Shown here: positions 1 through 9,788 of the stretch, in pieces
How positions within the stretch are numbered: the first letter of the stretch is position 1
Layout of the letters: every line of letters starts with the position of its first letter
IMG/VR virus record: IMGVR_UViG_3300041955_000884
Location: 32,001 to 96,000 of that record
Direction: 5' to 3' (one strand)
DNA length: 64,000 bases
Origin: a virus
Notes under the pieces: generated by a model
What the model saw: the letters and a program-made list of their open reading frames with translations, nothing else
Told to the model about the DNA's origin: nothing
The model's database searches: none
Made by a program: the position numbers and the translations under genes

Positions 1-3000
1 ATGCGCCCGATACGCTGCTCGTCGTCGGCCGGATACCAGAGCGGGTCCTGATTATGGATGGCGATGAGACGGCGCTGGGCGTTCACGCCGGTGCCCATCT
101 TCTGCGTGGAACCGATGAGGATGCGGACCTTTCCGTCGTTCATGTCGTTGAAGAGGTTCTGGCGAGCAAGCGCTGTCCCGTAATCGCCGATGAAGGCTAT
201 GTGCTGCGCTGGGACGCCTTCGCGGCGAAGGGCCTCTCTAATCCACTGGTAGCCGGAGAAGTTGGCAGGGCCGCGGCCGTTCACGCCGAGGTTGGCGAAA
301 ATCATCTGGGTCGCCGGACCACGGAAGGACGGCTCCTTGTAGCCGCTCCTCGGGTCATAGAACTGGACATCGCCGGTTGCGTGGTAGATGCGGGCGACGT
401 TCTGCACCATCATGTTCAGCTTCGAGCGCGGGTCGCTTTGCGCCTGCTCCACGAAGCGCGGGTCGATCGCGGCATGGCGCCCATCGTTGATGACGGACAG
501 CAGGATGTCCATGCCCTTCTCGGGCGGTCCTTTCCTGGCCTCAATGGCATCCATACGGTCGGCGAGCCTCGCCTGGTAGTCGTCCAGGATTGGCGTCCGC
601 GGCGCCATGTGGAGCTGCCTGGAGCCGCCCTTGACGGCCGGGCGCGTGACGTATTGCTCAAGCTCGCTCGGCGTCACGATGTCCATTGTCTCGCCGACCA
701 TCTTGTAGAGCTCCGGCATGTTCACGAACTGGCCGAAGCGCGTCTGCGGCTTGTAACCGCCGGCGGCGTTCTCCTCCAACCCGGTCTTCGTGTCGCCGAA
801 GGCCTGCGCCCATGAATCGAAGTGCGAAAGGCCGCGGGCGGCAAGTGCTTGCGGCTGCATGTAGCGGCTCAGGCTGTAGAGCTCGCCCATCGTGTTGGTC
901 ACCGGCGTGCCGGAGGCGAACACCACGGAACGGCCCGGGCGCTGGCTATCGAGGTAGCGCACCTTCGTGTAGAGGTCCCACGCCTTGTTGGAACCCTCGG
1001 GCGTGATACCTTTCACGCCGCTCTGCTTCGTGGCAAAGGTGAGCTTGCGGAATTCGTGCGCCTCGTCGACAAACAGGAAGTCAGCGCCGAGCTCCTCGAA
1101 GGTAAGCGTCTGGTCCTGCGTGCCGTCGCCCTTCCTAGCCAGCCTCTGCTCCAGCTTCTCCTTTTGGTTTTCCACGCGGCCTCTGGCGAAACGGGCGTCC
1201 GGCCCCTGGAGCTCGCCAAGCGCCTGCTCAAGCTGGGCGAGCTGCTCGCGAATCAGATGTTCCTGGAACTCATCGCTGATGGGAATCTTGCCGAAGGACG
1301 AATGCGTCATGATGATGGCGTCGAGGTCGTCCTGCGCCACGTTGGCGACGAACTGCTTGCGGCGGCTGGTATGGAAGCGCTGCTCGTCTGCCACCGCAAT
1401 CTTTGCGGTCGGATACTGCTCGTAGAACTCTTTCGTGAACTGGGCCAGCATGTGGTTCGGAACAGCGAAGAGCGCCTTGCGGATAAGGCCAAGGCGCCGC
1501 ATCTCCATCGCGGCACCAATCATCTCGGCCGTCTTGCCAGCGCCGACGGCGTGTGCGAGATAGGTATTACCGGCCTGGACGACGCGCGCAACCGCGCGAA
1601 GCTGGTGGCTGAACCATTTCCATGTGCTGGAAATGCCGGGGGTCGTCAGGTAGCTGCCATCGAACTGACGGAGCACCGAGCGGTTGAGGGCGTCGTTGTA
1701 AATCTTCGCCATCTGGTCGGCGCGGTCCTGGTCGGAATGGACCCACTTCTCGAACTCGCCCTGGAAGCGGATACCGTCCTCCATGTAGCCAGCGATGGCC
1801 TTGATTTTGTCCGCTGCCGCCTGGGTGGCGACTTCGTCGAATACCTGACGCCGGTCGCTTCCGCTTCCCTCCCACTGGTAGATGCGCGGCGGTGTCCGGT
1901 TCATCGCATCGGAGAGGAGCTGGAGCGCCGTCCGGTCCGGCGTGCCCCATTTTGCCGCGCCGGCAGTCTTGCCTTCGCCGCCCACGAACCACGTTCCGGT
2001 AGTCTTGCTGCGCGCGACATGGACATCGCCGAGGTCAAGGTGGTCGCGGGCGAACTCCTCCACGGTCTCCTTCGGTATCCAGGGCATGCCGACAATCATA
2101 TCGACGAGCGGCGGTGGCACGGGCGGCGGCAGCGCGGCCTCTAGCGCCGAAATGTTGCGGCGCACCTCCGGGTCCGTCTCGGCTGCGGCGCGGGCTTCCT
2201 CCAGCTTCGTGGTCACGTCGCCGGAGAGGTACTCGTCCTTCGTCTGGTAGGTGTCGCCCTTGTTCGGCACTTTGAAGATGGAGTCGCCGAGGTCTCCCAC
2301 GAGGCTGGCGCGGTCGCGGCCCATCTTCTCCGCGATGGCGTCCAGGTCGAAGCGGCCGAGCTTGTTGTACGACCACAGCACGCCGTCCTGAGCGGACTTG
2401 AGTTCCGGCTCCTCGTCGAATTTCAAGATGGAGCGCTCGAAGATTGGCTTCTTGGAATGCGCCCCAGTGGCGAGGTCGTAATTCTCGATGGAGCGGAGGC
2501 GGTAGCTCTCCGGGTCCGACATGAAGGCGCGCACGTTCGGGTAGCGCGCGTCAATGATGTCCGGCACGTCGTCTGGGTCGAAGGATCCCTCGTTGAATTT
2601 GCGCCCTGCCGCAATGGCGGCCTGCCGGGCATCGTCGCGGGCCTTCGCGATTGCGGAGACCTTGGCTTTCGCCAGAAGCATTTCGCTCGGGTCGAAGTCG
2701 CCGTCGTTCCAGTAGTCGTCAATCGAGCGGGCGTCCTCGCGGGCCTCGAGCCGCGCTTCCTCGATTTGCGTCAGGGTCGGCTTGCGGTTGGTCAGCGTCG
2801 TCAGGTTGATGGGCCCGTGCTGGGCCACGAAGGAATCGTAATGGGCACTGAGCCGCTTGCGGGCCTCGGCGCCGCGGGCGTCATCCCTGGCGAGGTCGGC
2901 CTGGAACACGTCGGGCAGCGCATCTCGGATGGGGATAAGATGCTGCACCTTTTCCCGGTCGCCGGCGCTCATGCCGCCGGTAACGCCATGCTTCGGCACC

Positions 3001-6000
3001 TCGCGACCGGCACCGCCTTCGTACTGCATCAGCTTGCCGTCGGGGCCGATGTAGAAGCTGCCGTCTTTCTTCTGGCCGGAAGCGAAGTCGAGCTTCGCGC
3101 GCTCCTCCGGCGACGGAGGCTCCGTCATAATGCCCTCTGGAAGGCGCTCTACGGCGGAGGCGAGGTCGGCGTCGAGGTCGCTGCCAGGGCGCGGCGACAC
3201 CGTATAGTCGTCGCGCGGCTGCATCTTGCCCTGGAAGCTCTCTTCCCCCAGTACATTCTCCGGGTGCTCACTGAAGTAGCGGCTGACGTTGCCTTCAACC
3301 ATGGGTGCCGTTTTGCCGGCGAGTCCGCGCGAGACGACGCCCATCCACGGTGGCTCTTGCCCTTCGGGGACTTCGATGCGGCCCTCTGGGCGCTTCTGGA
3401 AGAAAAGGATGTCGGTCGTGACAGGCGTGCGGGCGTTCCTCATGAACGCATCGCTGTTCAGCCGGATGCCACCGACGAACTCCGCGCGCTCCGCGAGATA
3501 GCGGCGCGCGTCGTCGCTGACAGCGTCCATCGTATAGTGGCTGGTAATGAAGCCTAGCAGGCCGCCAGGCCGGACGCTATCCAGCGACTTCGCAAAGAAG
3601 TAGTTGTGCAACGTGAAGCCGCGCGCCGCGTACTTCGGGTCGCCATGCACCACCGTGTCGCTGAATGGCGGGTTGCCGATGACAAGGTCGAACTGGCCCT
3701 CCGGCATTGGCGTCTTGATGTAGTCGGCCTCGCGGACGCCGGACTCTGGATAGAGCAGCTTCGCGATTTGCGCGGTGATGTGGTCGCGCTCGATGCCCTG
3801 GTACTGGCTCTTCTCGGCGATGTCCGCCGGCATCATGCCGATGAAGTTGCCCGTTCCCATGCCTGGTTCGAAGACGAGGCCGCCTTTGAAGCCCATGCGG
3901 CGGACGGCGTCCCACATCCGGCGGACAACGGTTTCCGAAGTGTAGTGCGCGTACTGGGTGGACTGCGCGGCTGTCCGGTATTCCTCGTCGCTCAGCAGGC
4001 CCTTGAGCCGCGCGCCGATGTCCTCGAAGCCCTTGCCGAAGTTGCCTTGGTTGTCCTCGAAGGCGCCCTTGAGGCCGCCCCAGCCGACGTATTTCGCGAG
4101 GATGGCCTGCTCGGCTTTGGTCGCCGGGCGGTTCTCCTCCGTCAGGCGCTTGGCGAGCTCGATGGCGGCAAGGTTGTCGTTGGCTTTGAGCTTCGGGCCA
4201 CGGGCTTCTTCGAGCGAGCCGGGGCCGATTTGCCAGTTGGCTCCGGTGACGTTGGCGTCGGCAGATCGTCCGGCGGCTCCGGGTTCTGGTCCCTCTCCGG
4301 CGTCGGGAATTCGAGGAAGTGCGCCCGCACCACCTCCTCCGCCGCGTGCTCGGCGTTGGGGTTGAGGTTGCCGTGGCTGTCCCGCGGGCTGCTCCTCAGG
4401 AGGCCCTCCAGCAGGTCGTTCGCCTCCAGGCACACCCTCTGGGCGTGCTGGTCCAGCTTCCCCGCCCGGCGCAGCTCCCGGTACAGTCTCGGGTCTTTCT
4501 CCCTCAGCGCCAAGAGGTAGGTTAGCTTGAAGTCCACCCTCTTCTTCCTCTTCTGGTTCGGTCGGGGCCGGGATCTTGCCGTCGCGCTCAAGCTCATCGG
4601 CGAGGGCGACGATTTCCGGCTCGGTGAACGTCCCGCCGACGTAGCTGTCGGCGATTTCGGCCGGCGTTTCTCCATCGGCGATGCGCTGGCTGATGTCCTC
4701 CAATATGGCGGTGCCGTAGTGGGCGTTGTAGAGGCGCTGGGCTTCGTACTCGTTCAACGGCTCGGGGTGCTCGGCACCCTCGGGCGCGAACGGGATGGCC
4801 TCGATTTCGGCGTATGGCGTCATCCCGCGGGTGTCGACATTCGGGTCGTGGCGGATGGCCTCGTACCATGAACGCAGATACGGCCGGTACTTGTCGCCGA
4901 GCTCGGCCGCCATCGCCTTCGTGTAATCAGCGAAGGCGCGGACGCCGCCCTCGATGTAGTAGCCGGCGAGGTCGATGCCGGCCTGGGCCATCTCGGGGTC
5001 AATGCCGGTGCGCAGCTCGCCGGCCTTCGCGCGGAGAATGGCGCGGGCTCGGTCGGCGCGCTCCCTGGTGTAGATTTTGTTCTTGGCGCCGAAGCCGGCT
5101 TCGGTGGGCTCGGCCTTAGGCGGGGGCGGTCCTTCCGGCGGCTTCGCAACGGCTTCCGGTCTCGCCTCGGTGGGCGGCCGCGGCGGCTCCGTCGTGACCG
5201 GCAGCGGTCCCTTTCCCTGCGCTGGGGCGATGCCGTCGGCGATGTCGCGGGCTTGCGGCGTCTCGGGCGTTGGCGCTGGCCCAGGAAGAGGAGGCGGCGG
5301 CTGCGACTGCCCGGCTTGCTCGGTTACTTCGGTTGGCGTCGACGCTTCCGGTGCTTCGCCGTAACGCCGCAGGAACGTCTCCGCCGCTGCTCTGTCCTTG
5401 AACTGGAAGCCAGGCACGCCGCCCTCGCCGCGCCAGGAGGAGTAGTAGCCGCCGCCTTCCTTCGCGCCTGCGGCGAGTTCCGTGTACCGCTCCCGCGGCA
5501 CCTTCTCGCTCATCGTCACCACGTAGAGCGGGTAACCGCCCTTGGTGTGCGCGGTCTCGACCAGGGCCATGTTGCCGGCGCGTGGCGGGGCCGCTGGGCC
5601 GGGCGTCTCCGGTTCCGGCACCACGCCGGCGGCCGCTTCGGGATGTTTCGCGCGCCACGCCTGCAGGACGGCTTCCTTGGCGTCGGCGTCGCGCCTGCGC
5701 TCGGCCGCGGCTTGGCGCTGGGCCTTCTTGCCGGTCGGCGTCCGCGCCCGCGCTTCAGCCCGGTCATGCTGCGCGGCCTTCGTGCGGTCATAGGCCGCGC
5801 TATCCGCCAGCCGCTTCGCCTCCATCGGGTGGCCAGCGTAGACAGGGTCCGGCACAACCTTCGGCGCTTCGCCGACTTCCGGCTCAAACTTGCTGCCGAT
5901 GGCCGTCTCGCCGCCGTCGGTTCGCACGGTGTAGTGGTAGGACGGCTCAGACCGCTTGCCGCCGAGCATTGCCTGCCAGACGACGCTGGTGGCTTCCTCG

Positions 6001-9000
6001 ATAGTGCCGTGGCGGCCAGCGAGGTGTTCCCCTTCCGGGATAACGACGCGCTCGCCCTCCTTGAATATCAGATTGCCGCGGCTGTCCCTGGCGCGTTCTG
6101 GAGCAGCCCCGGCTCGCCCAGCCTCTGCTGCGCCTGCGGGAGCACCTGCTCGCTCTCCTGCGGCAGCGCCAGCGACGGGTTGGCCTGCTCTTTCTTCTCC
6201 AGGGCGTTCGCCAGCCCCAGCGCCACTTGGCCGTGGTCCGCGCTCTGCTGGTAGAGGTCCCGGATGTCCTGCGGGAGCGCCGGGTTGTTCTGCGCCGCCC
6301 TCGCCTGGGCGTACTGGCGCAGTGCTGTTTGCCTGTTGAACCTCATTCGATATGTCCTCTTCGGGGCGTAGGTTGGCTTCGCCGTAGAGCTGGTCGGCGA
6401 TGGCTTGCGGGCGCCCGGCTGGTGCGGTCGGCGCCGCTTCCGCCGCCTCGGCCTCCGTCATGGCGTGCGGTTCGACCGCAACGCCGTTCCTGTGGGTGAT
6501 TTCGACGTCGTTGTGGTCGAATACGACCACGTTGCGGGTCGGTGGCTCGATGGTCAGGTCGGCGCGATGGCGCTCGAGCACTTCGGCGATAGACGGGGCA
6601 TGCTCCCGCGCTTTGGCTACGGCCTCGTCAATGTTGTCCGACGGTGATTGGCGCTGAAGTTCGCGGACGATAGCGCCGAAGTCAGATGCGCCAAGGCCTT
6701 TCTCGGCTGCGGCCGATACGAGCTTCTCGCCCTTCCACTTGACGCGGTCGAAGCTGCCGCGGCTGCCCTGGTCGAGGTAGCGGATGCCTTTGATGCCAGC
6801 GGCGTGGAGAGCTGCGGAAGCCTCGGCCGGCATTGTCGCGGCGGCCAGTCTCTTGTAGACGTTCTCGCCAGTCAGCGACGCAGGGGCGAGCTCGCGGAGG
6901 AACCGGCCGTCGTCATTCTTTTCGAAAATAGGCGAGACCTTGGCGAGCGTCGCAGTGTCTAGTGGGCGGTCCCAGTCCAAGGCCTCGCCGGGGGTGAACT
7001 TGAGGCGAAGGGTAAGAAGATGGCCCTCGGTTTCCTTCGGCTCTTCCCAACCACTGCGGATAAGGTCTGCCGCCGCTGCCCCCGTGCGTTTCACCTCGGC
7101 CACCGTTGCGGCCGCCGCGTGCTCATCGAGGGCGGCAGCGGCCGCAGCGCGGTCCCCGCCGTGGTGCGACATGGCGGTAGCCGCTTGCTGCTCTGCCTCT
7201 GAAAGCGCCCGCGGAGCCGTAAGGTCGAGACGGTACTGGTTTGCGACGCCGGCTTGCTCAGCTGCGTACAGGACACCCCAACCGTACGCTTGGACGCCCT
7301 CGCCGGTCCCGACGTGCCCCGGCTCTACGCGCTCGAAGAAATGCGGCGTCCCGTGGTAGACAATCCAATCGGCAGCCTGTTTCTCGGCTTCCTCGAAGGT
7401 GGCCGCCCTGGCGTCCTCGTGGCTGTCGATCTCGGCGGCGACCTGCTCGGCTGGCAGCCTCTCGACAACCTCGTCGTAGATCTGCTCCGGCGCCTTGTCG
7501 GCGGAGTTTTCTACGCCAGCGGCTTCGCCGACGCGGGCGGCCAGTTTGTTCGCTGGCGGAAGGGCTTCAACGCGCGCCTTGCGCTCGGCGACTTCCTCGG
7601 CTGCTACCGGCTTGCCGCGCGCCAGCAGCTCCTCGGTCTGGATTTCCGCCGCCCGCTTCGCGCCGACGCGCTCCTGGTCCATGATTTGCTGGACGGTGCG
7701 GATAGGGGCCGGTGCGGCGGGAGCGCCGGGCTTTGCTTCCCCCTCGGCTGCGGGCTTCGCCGCTGCTGCCTCGCGAGCGACGGCCTCCGGTTTCGGCGCT
7801 TCCTCGGCTGGCTTCGGCGCGTAGAGCTGCTCCGTCGCGGCACCAAGCTCGCTGCCGGGGACGCCGGTCACGTACCCATTGCGCTGAAGGTCGCGCTGGC
7901 GGTCCACGGCCTCGGCTGGCGTCATGCGAATCTGGCCACCAGCGCCGCCTTCCTCGGGCGGGATGATGCGGCCGCGGGCTAGAAGCTCGGCCTGCTGCGT
8001 CCGCTTGGCCTTGGCCAGCCCGACGCCGTCTTGCTGCATGATGTCGGCGATGGTGCGGATAGGCTTCGGCTGTGCCGCGGCGGCATCGATGACGGGCTGC
8101 ACGTCCACAGGGCGGCCGTCCATTACCTGGGCGATGCCAGCCTGCATGGCAGCGCCGCGGACGACGGGCGATTGCGGCAGGGCGTCGCGCGCGACTTCCC
8201 CGGGAACCGCGGGCCGTTCAAGCGCGGCGTCCGCTTCCTCCGACGCCCGGAGCAGTGGCGCAATCGCCATGAGTTCGTCGTACTTTTGCGAGGCGTCGCG
8301 GACGCTCAGGTCCTGCTTGCCGGCCCACTTCTGGTCGTAGGCATCCACTGCCGCCCGGTACGCTTGGTATTTGGCGTCGGCGTCAGCCTTCGTTCCCGCT
8401 GGCGGGGGGCCTTCTGGCGGCACGGCGGCCGCCTCGGGCGCGGGTCGCTCGGCTGGCGGCGCTGCGCCACGCCGGATTTGCGTCTCGCTGGTGTAGTACG
8501 GCGTTCCGTCCTCGTTCACCAGCCAGAACCCGCCGCCTTCCGCTTCTTCGACGCGGGCGCCCTTCAGGTCGGCTGCGCGGATGACGCGCTGCGCCTGGGC
8601 TTCGGTGTCGTAGACGCGGCGCACGCGCTCCGGTTCGGCGGCCGCTGCCGTCGGCTCTGCCGGCTGGCGCAGTTCCCGCTCGTCGCGCCAAGCCGCGAAC
8701 TGGTCCTCCGACATCGTGCCGTCTTCGGCGACAAGACCGTCGCGCTTCAGGGCCTCGATTTCGTGCGGGGCGAAGCCGGCCTCGGCGAGGTCAACGGGCA
8801 CGCCAGCCTGCTCGGGGGCCTCGAAGCGGGTGCGCAGTGCGTCCTCACGCTCCGCCGTGAAAGCCGTCTCCGGCACAGCGGCGCGCGTTTCCGGCGAGCC
8901 GGGCGCCGGCGGCATTGGTGCCGGTTCCGGCTCTCCAAGCGGGCGGCCGAGAATTTTGTTGCGCAGCAGCGGCCACGCTTCCTTGACGGCCCCGATGCCA

Positions 9001-9788
9001 GCGTGAATCGCGGCGCCAAGAACAGCCTGCTGGAAGACACCATCCAGCGCCTCGCGCATACCGAACTCGTCGCCCTCTTCCTTGGCCATCGCGCCTTGAA
9101 GGGCGACGTAGGGAACGGCTTGGACCGCACCAGTCGCGGCGCCAGCAGCGACGCGGGCGGCGGTGCGAGCGCCAAAGCCAGTCAGGCCAGCGGTAGCAAG
9201 GCGTTCGAGAATGGCTTCCTCGCCGATGCCTGGCACTACGGCGAGCGCCGCATTCGCCGGGTCGAGCAGGCCGACAGCGAGCTCAATGCCCACGCGCTCC
9301 GGCCAGAAGTTGTAGGCCGCCGTGCGTTGGAGGCGGCTGTCAAGCTCGGTCTCGTCCGCCTTCTGCTTGCCAATTACTTGCGCCATGCCGCGGGAAATCG
9401 GCTTGTCAGTGATGGAGATCGGCTTCCCGTCTGGGCCGCGCGGCGCGTATTGGTCGTTCGCTACGTCGGGCGGCAGTTCCTCGGCTTGGTGCGGGTCAGG
9501 CGGCGGCGGCTCGAAATTCGGCGCCCATCCGGCTTCGGTGCCGGGCATCACCTCGCCGCCAAAGCGGCCGCCAGCGGCAGCGACGCCGATGTCGAACGCG
9601 CTGGCGCCGGGCTGCGCACCGCGCTCGGCTGCGCGCCCAAGGATGGATGGCGTCAGGCCGCGAAGCGCTGCCTCGGCAACATTCGCCGCGCCGCCTGCTG
9701 CGCCAGCCGCCGGGATGTTCGCATAGTCCTCCGCAGCCGCACTTTCCGGCGGCTCGTAAGGACCCTGCGGAATCTGCCAGTCAGCCAT
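1..9788 (-). CDS. Giant DarB-like / large polyvalent internal virion protein (ART-PolyVal-like + N6-adenine MTase + SNF2 helicase), 3'-truncated by window edge, >=3262 aa
   Basis: ATG at 9788 overlaps the upstream stop (TAATG). The same frame gives VYHGTPH..GTGEGVQAYGWG..GIRYLDQGSR (~7370-6470), YVGWGG, EPGMGTGNF, IGNPPF (~4100-3660), HAVGAGKT, VDEAHEF and HNQDPLWYPADDEQRIGR at the window start. Missing from the ORF track, consistent with no in-window stop. Confidence 0.9.
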   Translation of the reverse strand, partial: MADWQIPQGPYEPPESAAAEDYANIPAAGAAGGAANVAEAALRGLTPSILGRAAERGAQPGASAFDIGVAAAGGRFGGEVMPGTEAGWAPNFEPPPPDPHQAEELPPDVANDQYAPRGPDGKPISITDKPISRGMAQVIGKQKADETELDSRLQRTAAYNFWPERVGIELAVGLLDPANAALAVVPGIGEEAILERLATAGLTGFGARTAARVAAGAATGAVQAVPYVALQGAMAKEEGDEFGMREALDGVFQQAVLGAAIHAGIGAVKEAWPLLRNKILGRPLGEPEPAPMPPAPGSPETRAAVPETAFTAEREDALRTRFEAPEQAGVPVDLAEAGFAPHEIEALKRDGLVAEDGTMSEDQFAAWRDERELRQPAEPTAAAAEPERVRRVYDTEAQAQRVIRAADLKGARVEEAEGGGFWLVNEDGTPYYTSETQIRRGAAPPAERPAPEAAAVPPEGPPPAGTKADADAKYQAYRAAVDAYDQKWAGKQDLSVRDASQKYDELMAIAPLLRASEEADAALERPAVPGEVARDALPQSPVVRGAAMQAGIAQVMDGRPVDVQPVIDAAAAQPKPIRTIADIMQQDGVGLAKAKRTQQAELLARGRIIPPEEGGAGGQIRMTPAEAVDRQRDLQRNGYVTGVPGSELGAATEQLYAPKPAEEAPKPEAVAREAAAAKPAAEGEAKPGAPAAPAPIRTVQQIMDQERVGAKRAAEIQTEELLARGKPVAAEEVAERKARVEALPPANKLAARVGEAAGVENSADKAPEQIYDEVVERLPAEQVAAEIDSHEDARAATFEEAEKQAADWIVYHGTPHFFERVEPGHVGTGEGVQAYGWGVLYAAEQAGVANQYRLDLTAPRALSEAEQQAATAMSHHGGDRAAAAAALDEHAAAATVAEVKRTGAAAADLIRSGWEEPKETEGHLLTLRLKFTPGEALDWDRPLDTATLAKVSPIFEKNDDGRFLRELAPASLTGENVYKRLAAATMPAEASAALHAAGIKGIRYLDQGSRGSFDRVKWKGEKLVSAAAEKGLGASDFGAIVRELQRQSPSDNIDEAVAKAREHAPSIAEVLERHRADLTIEPPTRNVVVFDHNDVEITHRNGVAVEPHAMTEAEAAEAAPTAPAGRPQAIADQLYGEANLRPEEDISNEVQQANSTAPVRPGEGGAEQPGAPAGHPGPLPAERGPRPSGAGAGERPGEERAGQPVAGAAAGERAGAPAGAAEAGRAGAAPERARDSRGNLIFKEGERVVIPEGEHLAGRHGTIEEATSVVWQAMLGGKRSEPSYHYTVRTDGGETAIGSKFEPEVGEAPKVVPDPVYAGHPMEAKRLADSAAYDRTKAAQHDRAEARARTPTGKKAQRQAAAERRRDADAKEAVLQAWRAKHPEAAAGVVPEPETPGPAAPPRAGNMALVETAHTKGGYPLYVVTMSEKVPRERYTELAAGAKEGGGYYSSWRGEGGVPGFQFKDRAAAETFLRRYGEAPEASTPTEVTEQAGQSQPPPPLPGPAPTPETPQARDIADGIAPAQGKGPLPVTTEPPRPPTEARPEAVAKPPEGPPPPKAEPTEAGFGAKNKIYTRERADRARAILRAKAGELRTGIDPEMAQAGIDLAGYYIEGGVRAFADYTKAMAAELGDKYRPYLRSWYEAIRHDPNVDTRGMTPYAEIEAIPFAPEGAEHPEPLNEYEAQRLYNAHYGTAILEDISQRIADGETPAEIADSYVGGTFTEPEIVALADELERDGKIPAPTEPEEEEEGGLQANLPLGAEGERPETVPGAAPGGEAGPARPEGVPGGERPAGGPPEEQPAGQPRQPQPQRRARGGGGGAGALPRIPDAGEGPEPGAAGRSADANVTGANWQIGPGSLEEARGPKLKANDNLAAIELAKRLTEENRPATKAEQAILAKYVGWGGLKGAFEDNQGNFGKGFEDIGARLKGLLSDEEYRTAAQSTQYAHYTSETVVRRMWDAVRRMGFKGGLVFEPGMGTGNFIGMMPADIAEKSQYQGIERDHITAQIAKLLYPESGVREADYIKTPMPEGQFDLVIGNPPFSDTVVHGDPKYAARGFTLHNYFFAKSLDSVRPGGLLGFITSHYTMDAVSDDARRYLAERAEFVGGIRLNSDAFMRNARTPVTTDILFFQKRPEGRIEVPEGQEPPWMGVVSRGLAGKTAPMVEGNVSRYFSEHPENVLGEESFQGKMQPRDDYTVSPRPGSDLDADLASAVERLPEGIMTEPPSPEERAKLDFASGQKKDGSFYIGPDGKLMQYEGGAGREVPKHGVTGGMSAGDREKVQHLIPIRDALPDVFQADLARDDARGAEARKRLSAHYDSFVAQHGPINLTTLTNRKPTLTQIEEARLEAREDARSIDDYWNDGDFDPSEMLLAKAKVSAIAKARDDARQAAIAAGRKFNEGSFDPDDVPDIIDARYPNVRAFMSDPESYRLRSIENYDLATGAHSKKPIFERSILKFDEEPELKSAQDGVLWSYNKLGRFDLDAIAEKMGRDRASLVGDLGDSIFKVPNKGDTYQTKDEYLSGDVTTKLEEARAAAETDPEVRRNISALEAALPPPVPPPLVDMIVGMPWIPKETVEEFARDHLDLGDVHVARSKTTGTWFVGGEGKTAGAAKWGTPDRTALQLLSDAMNRTPPRIYQWEGSGSDRRQVFDEVATQAAADKIKAIAGYMEDGIRFQGEFEKWVHSDQDRADQMAKIYNDALNRSVLRQFDGSYLTTPGISSTWKWFSHQLRAVARVVQAGNTYLAHAVGAGKTAEMIGAAMEMRRLGLIRKALFAVPNHMLAQFTKEFYEQYPTAKIAVADEQRFHTSRRKQFVANVAQDDLDAIIMTHSSFGKIPISDEFQEHLIREQLAQLEQALGELQGPDARFARGRVENQKEKLEQRLARKGDGTQDQTLTFEELGADFLFVDEAHEFRKLTFATKQSGVKGITPEGSNKAWDLYTKVRYLDSQRPGRSVVFASGTPVTNTMGELYSLSRYMQPQALAARGLSHFDSWAQAFGDTKTGLEENAAGGYKPQTRFGQFVNMPELYKMVGETMDIVTPSELEQYVTRPAVKGGSRQLHMAPRTPILDDYQARLADRMDAIEARKGPPEKGMDILLSVINDGRHAAIDPRFVEQAQSDPRSKLNMMVQNVARIYHATGDVQFYDPRSGYKEPSFRGPATQMIFANLGVNGRGPANFSGYQWIREALRREGVPAQHIAFIGDYGTALARQNLFNDMNDGKVRILIGSTQKMGTGVNAQRRLIAIHNQDPLWYPADDEQRIGR
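4142..4537 (-). CDS. Nested overlapping gene (+1 frame), TnpV-like helical protein
   Basis: GAGG SD 9 nt before GTG 4537; GC3-rich codons in this frame; LREKDPRLYRELRRAGKLDQH...AEEVV resembles the TnpV pattern; the host frame here is a G/P/E/R linker. Confidence 0.6.
   Translation of the reverse strand: MDFKLTYLLALREKDPRLYRELRRAGKLDQHAQRVCLEANDLLEGLLRSSPRDSHGNLNPNAEHAAEEVVRAHFLEFPTPERDQNPEPPDDLPTPTSPEPTGKSAPARSKKPVARSSKPTTTLPPSSSPSA
6068..6346 (-). CDS. Nested overlapping gene (+1 frame), 92-aa helical protein
   Basis: GAGGA SD before ATG 6346; GC3-rich codons in this frame; the host frame is low-complexity here; immediately follows the ART domain. Confidence 0.6.
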   Translation of the reverse strand: MRFNRQTALRQYAQARAAQNNPALPQDIRDLYQQSADHGQVALGLANALEKKEQANPSLALPQESEQVLPQAQQRLGEPGLLQNAPGTAAAI

